IMG/VR virus record: IMGVR_UViG_3300015251_000001
Location: 1,187 to 65,186 of that record
Length of the DNA stretch: 64,000 nucleotides
Strand: one strand, 5' to 3'
Origin: a virus
The position numbers and the translations under genes were made by a program. Shown here one piece after another: positions 37,225 through 46,080 of the stretch (position 1 is the first letter of the stretch; every line of letters starts with the position of its first letter). Below the pieces are notes generated by a model. The model searched no databases and had not been told where the DNA came from. It saw only the letters and a program-made list of their open reading frames with translations.

Positions 37225-38634
37225 TCAACGGTTCCTTTCTTCACGCATGCGGCGCAGCTTAGACGCTGCTTCTTTCTCCCCATCTTCAGGCTCCGCCATC
37301 CGGCGCCTGCCCGTGCTTGTTGCCGGCGCCTTCTTGAGCTTCAGCTCCTCGCAGATCCAATCCGCCAGATCCGCCTGACCATCGGCCTTGCCCGGATTCA
37401 CATCCTGCAAGGTATCTTCGCTTTCGCAAAGGGATTCCAGCTCCTCCAGGGTCATATCGTGGATGGATTCCCACGAATGCACTGGCTCATCGCGATGGCC
37501 GCGCGAACCACTTTCTCGATCGTCTCCGCGAGCGCGAGAGTTTCGGCCAGGTGCCTCGTCGTCTTCACGGGCAGGGTCACGACCGCCACGACCCCGTCCA
37601 CGGTCAGAGTCATCATCCCGGGGGGACCCCCCATCACGAGCGCTTCCCCTTGGGGGGTCCCGATCCTTATCGTCGTCCCGCCCGCGAGCACGGCTTTCGC
37701 GATTGCCAGCCTCCCGGCCTGGCTCTTCCCGCTCCGATTCACGGCCGCGGTGAGACCCACCCCCGCCAAAAGCCTTGGCGATGTGGTCATAGTCGAAGTA
37801 GACGAGCTGATCCGGGAGGGGATTGTCGACGGCCCAGTCGATCCATTTGTTGGATCCAAGAGGCGAGCTACGGCGGGCGATTTTGACTGCTTCATATTTG
37901 GTGTTCCGATCCTTGCCTGTTTTCTCGAATTCAACATCGTAGCCATCCTCCGGGTCATCGATGTTCAGCGTTTCACCGGTGCGCTTGTCGACGGCCAGCT
38001 TGTTCAAGTCGGCATCGATGGTCCATGGCATGGCCCAGAACTGTACGCCTTCTTTTTCGTTGTCCCGATCGATCAGATAGACCCCACAGCGGCGCTTCGA
38101 CTCGATTTCCTTGGCGTACTTCTCATCGCCTTCGCGCAGCGCCTCTGCATGTTCCTCGCTGATCGGATCCGGCTTGTCCAGCATTTTGTGCAGGTCGAGG
38201 TAGCTCCCCCGGTCCGGCCCCACGCCGTAGTGCACGTAGAGGTCAAAGCCGTAGTGTTCCGGCTTCGGCCACGTGGCCGGGAGGATGCGAATCGAATTCA
38301 TCCCGTCGGCCGGCTTCCAGTTCTTGATCCCGTCCTTGATGAGCCGGTCGAACTCCTTGCCCCTCATCGAGGCACGTTTGTCGATCTGTTCGCGGGATCT
38401 GGCGGCGTAGGAGAAAGACGGCCGCGCGCCACGATCATCTCGATCACGGCCACGCGAGTCATCCGACCCCCGATCACGGCCGCGATCGTCGCTGCGAGAA
38501 TCCCCGCGATCGCGGCTAGGGCGATCGCCCCGATCACTCCCACGATCGCGGCTAGGGCGATCGTCATCACCCCGGGCGCGGGTGCTTGGCCGTTCCTCAT
38601 CACGATCCCGACCCCGGCTGCGTTCTCTGTCCAT
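37225..38634 (-). CDS. gp32-like single-stranded DNA-binding protein with Arg/Asp-rich tails
   Basis: Core GMNSIRILP...VHYG...DPI...GYDVEFEKTG...Y; long RD/RS/RG low-complexity ends. Confidence 0.7.
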   Translation of the reverse strand: MDRERSRGRDRDEERPSTRARGDDDRPSRDRGSDRGDRPSRDRGDSRSDDRGRDRGSDDSRGRDRDDRGARPSFSYAARSREQIDKRASMRGKEFDRLIKDGIKNWKPADGMNSIRILPATWPKPEHYGFDLYVHYGVGPDRGSYLDLHKMLDKPDPISEEHAEALREGDEKYAKEIESKRRCGVYLIDRDNEKEGVQFWAMPWTIDADLNKLAVDKRTGETLNIDDPEDGYDVEFEKTGKDRNTKYEAVKIARRSSPLGSNKWIDWAVDNPLPDQLVYFDYDHIAKAFGGGGSHRGRESEREEPGREAGNRESRARGRDDDKDRDPPRGSARDGGSPRDDDSDRGRGRGGRDPAREDDEAPGRNSRARGDDRESGSRGHRDEPVHSWESIHDMTLEELESLCESEDTLQDVNPGKADGQADLADWICEELKLKKAPATSTGRRRMAEPEDGEKEAASKLRRMREERNR

Positions 38635-38746
38635 ATCGTTTGTCCTCGTACTGTTGCTTCGCTCTGAACCAGGCCGCGAAGATAAGCCGTGAAAGCACAT
38701 AGACCCCCAGGAGGGAGCCAACAGAGTAAATCAGGAATTCCATCAT
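38600..38746 (-). CDS. Small membrane protein (48 aa)
   Basis: MMEFLIYSVGSLLGVYVLSRLIFAAW hydrophobic helix; RBS-like AAGGG. Confidence 0.35.
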   Translation of the reverse strand: MMEFLIYSVGSLLGVYVLSRLIFAAWFRAKQQYEDKRYGQRTQPGSGS

Positions 38747-38750
38747 TGCA

Positions 38751-39257
38751 TCACCCTTCGCTGATTCGACGACGGGTTGATTCCCCGGATGTGATCGAAC
38801 GGGTATAGGGCCGCCTTTCCTGAAGGGCGGATACCTCGCTCCTGCGCTGATCCACCTTGCTGCTGTGGCTGTCCTTGGTGTAGTACTGGCCGAGATAGAG
38901 GTCACAAAGGCTACTGATCGAGAACCCCCGGGCCTTCCAGGCCGCGTAAAGCCCTTGCCACTGCGCAAGCTCCTTGCCCAACAGGTTCACCCGTTCGAAG
39001 GCCCTGGCGCGTTCCTGGTGCCTTCTGACGGCACTGTCGGCAGCCTTGTCGGTCATCTTCTCATCGTCGTCCTTGAACTGCCGATAGAGCCTGGCCTCCA
39101 CTACCTTGAGCTCCTGTTCCGCTTCGGCGGCCCGTGCGCCCACGGCCGCCATCCGATCAGAAATGCGACCCATGACTTCAGCCTGGATTTCCAGCTCCTC
39201 ATCGAGCTGGTGCTTGTTCACCCGCAACATTGCACGGAAGGTGTCCAGTTCAGCCAT
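38751..39257 (-). CDS. uvsY: UvsY-like recombination mediator
   Basis: Helical; L.VNKHQLDEEL..Q...MTDKAADSAV...AWKARGFSISSL; clustered with recA and SSB. Confidence 0.65.
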   Translation of the reverse strand: MAELDTFRAMLRVNKHQLDEELEIQAEVMGRISDRMAAVGARAAEAEQELKVVEARLYRQFKDDDEKMTDKAADSAVRRHQERARAFERVNLLGKELAQWQGLYAAWKARGFSISSLCDLYLGQYYTKDSHSSKVDQRRSEVSALQERRPYTRSITSGESTRRRISEG

Positions 39258-39303
39258 GCTTGCAGCGCTCCAAGTTATCCATGATGCGGTTCCTTTCAGG
39301 CCT

Positions 39304-39311
39304 ATCTATAC
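39304..39311 (-). promoter_or_regulatory. GTATAGAT putative phage promoter motif
   Basis: Intergenic, upstream of the uvsY-like gene. Confidence 0.55.
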
Positions 39312-39314
39312 GCG

Positions 39315-40301
39315 CTAGCGGCCCAGAACGAATTCTCCGAAGGCCAGCAGGATTGGAGCCATTTTGTCCGCTGGGTTGCAGGGCCTGGTGAAGGCATGCA
39401 GCATGTCCAGCAGCCTGACTGCCGCCCCATCGCTTCGCGCCCCCATGATGCATGCATTCAGATAGTTCACTACCACGATGCGGATGGACTCGGCATTGGT
39501 ATCCCCGAGTGCCTTAAGCCCATTGGTGACGTCATCCCACCTCATGTTGCCCTTGACCAGCATGCGGCAGAGGTCAATGATCTCCTTGTTGTCCAGCGGC
39601 GTCTCCAGGATCCTGGCGCACTCCTCGGGATCCTGGACATCGTAGACCATGTTCAGCATTACCAGCGCCCGGCGCGGAGATCCGCCACAGGCCAGACCAA
39701 CTTGTTTCAGGATGGCATCCGGAGTCTTGTAGTCCTCCTTGTCGCAGACCATCTCAAGGAGATCCATGATGCCGTCGAAACGGACCGGCTTCAGTAGATA
39801 GCTGTTGCAGCGCGTGGCGATGGTCTCGGGGATCTTGCCGGATTCCGTGGTGCAGAAGAAATAGTAAACGTGCTCCGGGGGCTCCTCAACGGCCTTGAGC
39901 AGGGATTGCCATGCTTGCTTGGAGAGGCTGTGGCACTCGTCGATGATGAAGGCCTTGTTGGGCTCCGCGCCGAAGCCGTGGTACCGGGCACTGGCCGTGA
40001 CCTCCTTCATCGCATCAATGCCGCTGTTGGAGGCGGCATCAACCTCGATGATTGAACCGGGGCCGCAATTGAAACCCTTGGCCAGAATCCGAGCGATTGT
40101 GGTTTTGCCGGTCCCCGAGGGGCCCGTGAGGATGAAGCAGTGGGGTCTCGTGCTGGCTGCAATGGCTTTGCGGATGGACCGGACCACCTCGTCCTGGCCA
40201 AGCACGTCGTTCAGGTGCTGGGGGCGGTACTTCAATTGCAGAGGCTGCTCCATGGGCGGTGCCGGGGCTTCCACTGCTTCAATCTTTCGTCTGGTGCTCA
40301 T
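39315..40301 (-). CDS. dnaX: DNA polymerase III gamma/tau-like clamp loader
   Basis: LKYRPQ..DVLGQ, GPSGTGKT, EVDAASN.GID, IIDECH, EEPP, TRC. Confidence 0.92.
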   Translation of the reverse strand: MSTRRKIEAVEAPAPPMEQPLQLKYRPQHLNDVLGQDEVVRSIRKAIAASTRPHCFILTGPSGTGKTTIARILAKGFNCGPGSIIEVDAASNSGIDAMKEVTASARYHGFGAEPNKAFIIDECHSLSKQAWQSLLKAVEEPPEHVYYFFCTTESGKIPETIATRCNSYLLKPVRFDGIMDLLEMVCDKEDYKTPDAILKQVGLACGGSPRRALVMLNMVYDVQDPEECARILETPLDNKEIIDLCRMLVKGNMRWDDVTNGLKALGDTNAESIRIVVVNYLNACIMGARSDGAAVRLLDMLHAFTRPCNPADKMAPILLAFGEFVLGR

Positions 40302-42925
40302 GATCCTGCCTTGTAAGGGTTGGGTAGGTTGAAAATGACGTCAGACCGATACTTGCCGATCTCCTCCAATTTGTCCCACTGGTGGCCCACCGAGGCCTCA
40401 ACCACCAGGGGCACGTTGATGTAGTCAAAGCGATGCCGGCACATCTCCTGCACGATCCTCTGGCACTTGGACTCCAGCACTTCATCCCGTAGCACGAAGG
40501 TCAGATCATCGTGCCCATTGAAATTGCACTGGTAATCTGGGTCGTCATCCAGAATAGCAATCTCGGAAAGGGCATCCATTGCGGCAGTCACGATGTCGCA
40601 TGCCGTGCCCTGAATTGGCATGTTGATCAGTTCGTTTTTGGTCATCGGCCCACGCCGGCGCCGGCCCCCGAGAGTTTCGACGTACAGTTTCTTCTCGTAG
40701 CCCTTGATCAGTCTTTCCTGCCAGGTCTTAGTGGCTGCGAAGGTGTCCCAAAATTCGGCTCCAAGGTCATCCGACACGTGGTGCGGGATGCCAAGCTGGT
40801 CCGCACAGCTCTTCATGGAAGCCCCGAAAATCTGTGGGAAGACCCATTTGTTTTTCATTTCCTGCCGAAGGGTCTTCAGTCCCTTCTCGTCCCAGTCAAT
40901 GCTGAACTCCTCAACGATCAGATCCTTGATTGCCGGGAAAATGGCAATGAGCCTTTCGGCCCAGAATTTGTGCACATCGTAATCGGTCCAGCAAGCTCGG
41001 ATGATGGCCTCGTCATCCGTTAGCATGCCGGCTACGCGGAATTCAATCTGCCCGTAGTCACAGGCGAGGAACCACTCCCCTGGCTTCACCTGCACGCACT
41101 GGCGCACTTCCCGGTGCTTGCGCTTCGGCCAGTTATGCATCTCCGAAGAAAGCCGGCCAGTCACGGCCACCATGCCGTTGTAGCTGGCGTGGATGATGCC
41201 GTCATGGCTGACGATCCGCTTTGTCAGCACCGGGGCCAAGTAGGTCGAACGCAGCTTCTCCAACGCCCGGGTCTCCAGGATGAGCGGGGCGCTGGGCACC
41301 TCCTTCGCAGGGATGCGGCTGAGGGCTGCCTCATCGCTCGTTGTCCGCTGGACCCCGCGTTCTTCGACATGGACCTCCTGCCTTTGGCAGATCACCTGCA
41401 TGAGTTTGAGCACGTGCCCGGAATTGCCGGGATCGAAGCTGCCAAACCGATTGGTGAATTCCTTCACCTCTGGGGTCCGACGGATCTTTGCTTCGATCTC
41501 TGAAAGCTGCTGCTCGTACTTGAGGTCCAGCTTTTCGGCCGTCTCAATGTCAACGGGCATCCCCTTGTGTTGAATGCCAACCAGAGTCGGGGTCAAGCGG
41601 AGCTTCCGCTCGTACTCCTCCCGGAAGACGTCCACTGCATAGACCTTAGGCTTCAGGGTATCGCAAAGCAAGTCGGTCCACTTGGTGTCCAATCCGTTGT
41701 AGCGCAACACGGCCTTTATTGAATGCTGCTTAATCCACCCCTTTTGCGAGACATCTACGGGGCTCTGGTCTTTCAGAAAGAAGCCAAAATTGATGCGGCA
41801 TTGGACATCCAGGCTTTTCGTCCCCTCGCGTTCGTCCAGGGTATGACACAGCCCCTGCGTGTCTTCCCACCCCGTCTTGCGAAGCAAGGCTTGCCCGTAT
41901 TCAAAGCCGAGCCACAGCTGTTCGAAGGCCAGGTTGTGGCACACCTTCCGGCCGGACTCCAGGAGAAAGGTTCCGAAAGCCCCGCGAACCTTCTTCATTT
42001 GTGCTTCTGAGCCCCAGCCGTCCGGGTGGTCAATCGCAAAGGCGACCGTGTCGTCAAACTTGCCAATAGCCGCGCACCAAATCCTTGGATCCCTGATGTA
42101 TGGTGTGAAGTCAGAGGTCTCCAGGTCCAGGCCGAGGGACTCCTGCCTGAGGAGCCGGTGGAAGGCGTCCTCTAGCCTCTGGAAATCCCCCGGCTCCTGT
42201 CCGGTAATCAGGCTAATTCCTGCATCGTATGGGGCCTGATAGATCCTTGGCTCGTCAAAGTCATCCCGGTTAAGCAGATCAACGAGTCGGTCCACATCGT
42301 GCTCGATTGCCAGCTCATATTCACTCTTCCCGTAGCTCTTCTTCTTTTCCACGTAGTTGGGATAAATCAGCGGGTAGTACCAGCAAGCATGCCGACCGAT
42401 CTTGGTTGCGATCAGGGTGCCACGAAAGGCAAGGGCATTGCGGTTTAGTCCGGTTGCCCAGTTCAGCGGCAGGTCACCCACGCCAACAACCACCAAGGGC
42501 CGGCGTTGCTCGATGTCCTCAACGATGCGGCCCCGACAGCACTCGATCTCGACTTGGTCCGGGTTCATATTCCGCTCTTTGTCGATCAGCGGCGGCATGC
42601 ACTGCGTGATGTGGTTGCTACGAACGTCCCGCCAGACCTTGTCCCCGAACTGGGATTTGATAGCCCGGCCGGCAGCACCTTTCCAATGCTGCCCGGACTC
42701 ATCCTCGTCCAGGTTCGGGGCCGTGCCGAGTAGATAGATCAGCGGGGTGTCCGAGCCGGATGGTGTCATTTTCGGGGTGATTCTTTCCTGCCCATCCTTC
42801 TCCCTGGGGCACACCTCGCAGCCCATCTTGTTGAGTGCCGTGATGGGGATATCCCGGGCCTTCCCCGAAGGTGCACGCGTGGCTGCCTTCGGTGCCCGCT
42901 TGACTTCGTTGTACAGGAAGCCCAC
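40298..42925 (-). CDS. polA: Family A DNA polymerase with N-terminal UDG-family-4-like domain and 3'-5' exonuclease
   Basis: Exo DLET / HNLAFE / YNGLD; motif A DYGQIEFR, motif B R...KNKWVFPQIFG, motif C GHDDL; N-terminal CEVC...GTAP...QC...CC. Confidence 0.92.
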   Translation of the reverse strand: MGFLYNEVKRAPKAATRAPSGKARDIPITALNKMGCEVCPREKDGQERITPKMTPSGSDTPLIYLLGTAPNLDEDESGQHWKGAAGRAIKSQFGDKVWRDVRSNHITQCMPPLIDKERNMNPDQVEIECCRGRIVEDIEQRRPLVVVGVGDLPLNWATGLNRNALAFRGTLIATKIGRHACWYYPLIYPNYVEKKKSYGKSEYELAIEHDVDRLVDLLNRDDFDEPRIYQAPYDAGISLITGQEPGDFQRLEDAFHRLLRQESLGLDLETSDFTPYIRDPRIWCAAIGKFDDTVAFAIDHPDGWGSEAQMKKVRGAFGTFLLESGRKVCHNLAFEQLWLGFEYGQALLRKTGWEDTQGLCHTLDEREGTKSLDVQCRINFGFFLKDQSPVDVSQKGWIKQHSIKAVLRYNGLDTKWTDLLCDTLKPKVYAVDVFREEYERKLRLTPTLVGIQHKGMPVDIETAEKLDLKYEQQLSEIEAKIRRTPEVKEFTNRFGSFDPGNSGHVLKLMQVICQRQEVHVEERGVQRTTSDEAALSRIPAKEVPSAPLILETRALEKLRSTYLAPVLTKRIVSHDGIIHASYNGMVAVTGRLSSEMHNWPKRKHREVRQCVQVKPGEWFLACDYGQIEFRVAGMLTDDEAIIRACWTDYDVHKFWAERLIAIFPAIKDLIVEEFSIDWDEKGLKTLRQEMKNKWVFPQIFGASMKSCADQLGIPHHVSDDLGAEFWDTFAATKTWQERLIKGYEKKLYVETLGGRRRRGPMTKNELINMPIQGTACDIVTAAMDALSEIAILDDDPDYQCNFNGHDDLTFVLRDEVLESKCQRIVQEMCRHRFDYINVPLVVEASVGHQWDKLEEIGKYRSDVIFNLPNPYKAGS

Positions 42926-42928
42926 GGT

Positions 42929-44050
42929 TTAGCCTTTCGAAGCTGGGGCACTTACGTGCGCAATGATGTGCAAGAAAGCCCCCTCATCCGCCATGATCAG
43001 AACCTTCTCGCCGAGGGTCATTCTGGAGCAGAACTTGGATCCACGTACCACGATGGCCGGATCCACGCAGAACGTCAGCTTTTCATCAGGGCCGGAGGAG
43101 AAGCTGAAACTCTCATCGCTTTCCCCGACCTGGGAGGTGCTGCGCAGCTTCACAGTGCCGTCGTCATAGGAGACCTGGGTCACCTTGTCCAGCTCATTGC
43201 CGAGTACGAGAAGCTGTCTAGAGAAGCACGCATCGAAGACGTCCGGGATTGGGGACAGATCCTTGCCAATGCGCTTCACGTCGACGTGCCGCTTGATGAT
43301 CTTGTGGAAATCCAGCGGCTCAAGGTCCGCAATGGTCTTGGTGAACAGGATTGCCCGGTGCCCACTTTCGGCCACGGCGTCTCCGAATTCAGCCATGACC
43401 GCCCCGGGGATCATGAACAGCGTGATGTGCTCCGGAAACGCCTTCGCAAGGGCGATCAACTGGTTGCAGAAGAACGTGGGCAGGATCACCGGTGAATCCC
43501 CGGGGAGCTTGATCTTCGTTCCTGTGCCGTGCCTGGAAATGGTGTAGTTGTCCGTGGCAAAGAGAACGGCCATCCCCTGGTCGTCCACGTCCAGGGTCAC
43601 GCCCATGGTTGCAGGATGGTTCGGATTGTTCCCCACGGACACAAGGCACTTGTCAATCCCGGCAATCACTTCCTTGGACAGTGGGATCATGGCCCCCTCG
43701 TCCATGGGGATCTGGAAGGGGAAGCTCTTCAGCGGCATTGTCGGTACCTTCAACTTGGACCGCCCGGAGCTGATCAGCAGCGTCTGATCGTTACCGGTGC
43801 GCTGGAGAAGGACGTTCTCCGCCGAGAAGCTGCCCAAGGTTTTGATCAGAAGCTCCCCGGGGATGCAGCACGGCTCGGGGAAATCACAACGCACTTGGAT
43901 GGCTGCAATGTCGTTGTGAGTCAAAGCAAAATCGCCGTCGAAGGCGATGTGGTTGTAGGCCGGAATGAAGGTCTGAACCGCCAAGGCCGGCCGGATCAAT
44001 GCTGCGATCTTCAGCAGGGTTTCACGATTCATCGTTGACTTGTCGCTCAT
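42929..44050 (-). CDS. dnaN: DNA polymerase III beta-like sliding clamp
   Basis: 373 aa three-domain pattern (GVTL...LFATD..TIS; ILP; LKLRS...GESDE); adjacent to polA and dnaX. Confidence 0.75.
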   Translation of the reverse strand: MSDKSTMNRETLLKIAALIRPALAVQTFIPAYNHIAFDGDFALTHNDIAAIQVRCDFPEPCCIPGELLIKTLGSFSAENVLLQRTGNDQTLLISSGRSKLKVPTMPLKSFPFQIPMDEGAMIPLSKEVIAGIDKCLVSVGNNPNHPATMGVTLDVDDQGMAVLFATDNYTISRHGTGTKIKLPGDSPVILPTFFCNQLIALAKAFPEHITLFMIPGAVMAEFGDAVAESGHRAILFTKTIADLEPLDFHKIIKRHVDVKRIGKDLSPIPDVFDACFSRQLLVLGNELDKVTQVSYDDGTVKLRSTSQVGESDESFSFSSGPDEKLTFCVDPAIVVRGSKFCSRMTLGEKVLIMADEGAFLHIIAHVSAPASKG

Positions 44051-44222
44051 GATTGGCTTCCGATGGGGGTGGGATGATGGATGGACTCGGGGTTCCCCGA
44101 CTTGGATCCGAGTAGAAAAAGAAGCTAACGAGGATGGCTGCTTGGCTGCTTGGCTGCTTGGCTGCTTGCGCGTACTTCCCCGCTATGTTTGATGGGTCAA
44201 GCCCCGCCAAGTAAATCAGCAT
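44022..44222 (-). CDS. Mini-ORF resembling a DpdA/TGT N-terminus; contains an 8-bp tandem repeat
   Basis: Strong RBS GGAGG; MLIYLAG...ILVSFFFY. Confidence 0.5.
   Translation of the reverse strand: MLIYLAGLDPSNIAGKYAQAAKQPSSQAAILVSFFFYSDPSRGTPSPSIIPPPSEANHERQVNDES
44135..44168. repeat. Tandem repeat (TGGCTGCT)x4 plus TG
   Basis: Direct reading of 44135-44168. Confidence 0.95.
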
Positions 44223-44535
44223 TTACCTCCTCCGGCTCCCCAACGCGCTCCAAGATGACCGCATTACGCTGGCGCAGCTCCGGAAAGTGTTGATCGTAGT
44301 GGCATTGGTTGCGTGGGCAGCTTCCAGCGCTGATCTCGAGGTCCACGGCATACTGGCACCGCCCGTAGCAGGGGTGGTCAATCAGACGGCTGCGAGTGAA
44401 GCCCTTGAGTGGCCTCAGTTTGCTGCCCATGTATTCCAGATAGGACACCAACAGCTCTGGATGCCTGCCGTCAATCAAGCCATCACCGTAGCCAGTGATC
44501 TCATGCCCCGGGGCACTCACAAGGTAAATGATCAC
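44197..44535 (-). CDS. Small ORF resembling a DpdA/TGT N-terminus plus Cys/His-rich tail
   Basis: GTGA-coupled to dpdA; MIIYLVSA...LLVSYLEY; C-x3-C...C-x4-C. Confidence 0.5.
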   Translation of the reverse strand: MIIYLVSAPGHEITGYGDGLIDGRHPELLVSYLEYMGSKLRPLKGFTRSRLIDHPCYGRCQYAVDLEISAGSCPRNQCHYDQHFPELRQRNAVILERVGEPEEVNADLLGGA

Positions 44536-45476
44536 AGGAGCCCCTGTTGACGAACGGTGTAAGGTTGGAAGGGCTTCTCCAGCTTTGCCCGGCTAACTTC
44601 TCGGAAGAAGGTCACATTGACCACAGCTCGGTGGAAGTAGTTGTCCTTGCACTCGGCGTAGGTCTTGCCGCAGTAGCTTAGCCAGCGATCCAAGATTGCC
44701 CGATGCGCCGGGGGGAGGCTATCCCCGTGCTTCTGGTCCTGATTGGCTTTCGGGTTGTTGGCGCTGACCGTGATCACGCTCGGGGTTTGATCAAAGACGA
44801 ATTCTCCATCTACGAGCTGGGGCAGGTAGATGGCACCATTGGCCGTAATCTTGATCCAGGTGGTGCTGTCGACTGAATGCCAGGGATAGCGGAACATCAG
44901 CACCAAGGCCGTCATGCCAAAACCGTGGGTCTTGACCTTCGGGTGGCCGTCCTTGTCGCAGATCCGCAGGAACAGATCATCAAGCCACGCGCGGCGCTCC
45001 TTGGATGGAATAGAGACGAGGCCGCCAATACCGATGTAGGTGCATCCGTGGGAGATCATCCGGTCGAGGAAGCGCCAGGGCTCCCCATAGTGGAAGACCG
45101 GCAAAGGATCCAGACCCTCGCGCTGCATATAGAGGAAATTTCGCCATGTGGCCTCGGCAGCTTCTTCCCGCTCCTTCGTGGTCGCGCTTCGCCCGGGGGC
45201 ACCCGGGATCACATCAAGGCAGGCATAGGCTTCGATCTTCTCGATGTTGACCTTGATGAAGGCACAGTACTCGTCCAGGTCGATGGCGGAGTTCTTGGAC
45301 CATGCAGAGTAAGCGCCGGAGTCCAAGAAGAAACGGAATTCGTCAGGAGTGATCATGTCGAGCTTTCCTGGGTTGCGCCCCAGATCATGAAAGGAGCCCA
45401 GGTAGATAGCATGTCCTCCATCTACCTGGGCACGGAGCCCTTCTTTCCACGCAGTGGTTGAAAGCCAGGCCAGCAC
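44532..45476 (-). CDS. dpdA: DpdA, 7-deazaguanine DNA transglycosylase (TGT-like)
   Basis: FFLDSGAYSAW, CLDVIPG, LPVFHYGE, IGIGG, KTHGFG, SVDSTTW; adjacent to folE and queC. GTG start inferred just after the folE stop. Confidence 0.85.
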   Translation of the reverse strand: MLAWLSTTAWKEGLRAQVDGGHAIYLGSFHDLGRNPGKLDMITPDEFRFFLDSGAYSAWSKNSAIDLDEYCAFIKVNIEKIEAYACLDVIPGAPGRSATTKEREEAAEATWRNFLYMQREGLDPLPVFHYGEPWRFLDRMISHGCTYIGIGGLVSIPSKERRAWLDDLFLRICDKDGHPKVKTHGFGMTALVLMFRYPWHSVDSTTWIKITANGAIYLPQLVDGEFVFDQTPSVITVSANNPKANQDQKHGDSLPPAHRAILDRWLSYCGKTYAECKDNYFHRAVVNVTFFREVSRAKLEKPFQPYTVRQQGLL

Positions 45477-45478
45477 GG

Positions 45479-46078
45479 CTACTCGCGGCAGAGCGCCATG
45501 AATTCGGCCCGGACCTCTGACTTCTCGCGCAGGGCACCGCGAAGGGCACTGGTGGTTGTGGTGCTGCCCTGCTTGCCCACGCCACGGGAGCACATGCAGA
45601 AGTGCTTTGCGCGCATGATCACGCCGACCCCCAGCGGCTCCAGCGCTTCATCCACGCAGTCCGCCACTTGGTGCGTGAGCCTCTCCTGCACCTGCAATCG
45701 CTGGGCGTAGGCATCGACCACCCGGGCCAGCTTCGAGAGGCCGACCACCCGACCATTCGGGATGTAGGCCACGGAGGCTGTGCCAAAGAAGGGGGCCATG
45801 TGATGTTCGCAGTGGCTGTAGAACTCGATGCCGTTGACCACCACCATCTCGTCCACGCACAGCTCGGCTCCATCGGTGAAGGTCTTCAGCAGCTTTCCGG
45901 GGTCCTTGATGGCATACCCCTGCGTCCATTCCTGCCAGGCCTTGACAACGCGTCCTGGCGTTTCCTGGAGCCCTTCCCGGTGGGGATCCTCGCCGATGTT
46001 CCACAGCAAGGAGCGCACCGCGGTTTCAGGCTCGCAGCGCGCGATTCCTTCTGTGATCCTTGGGGGCTTCCTGGCCAT
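45479..46078 (-). CDS. folE: GTP cyclohydrolase I
   Basis: GLQETP.RV, FYSHCEHH..PF.G, GLSKLAR, QVQERLT, HFCMCSRGV. Confidence 0.97.
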   Translation of the reverse strand: MARKPPRITEGIARCEPETAVRSLLWNIGEDPHREGLQETPGRVVKAWQEWTQGYAIKDPGKLLKTFTDGAELCVDEMVVVNGIEFYSHCEHHMAPFFGTASVAYIPNGRVVGLSKLARVVDAYAQRLQVQERLTHQVADCVDEALEPLGVGVIMRAKHFCMCSRGVGKQGSTTTTSALRGALREKSEVRAEFMALCRE

Positions 46079-46080
46079 GA

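Noticed and set aside
44532-45593. ORF-track start at 45593 for dpdA
   Set aside because: Overlaps folE by more than 110 nt with non-conserved sequence; GTG 45476 or a later ATG is more plausible.
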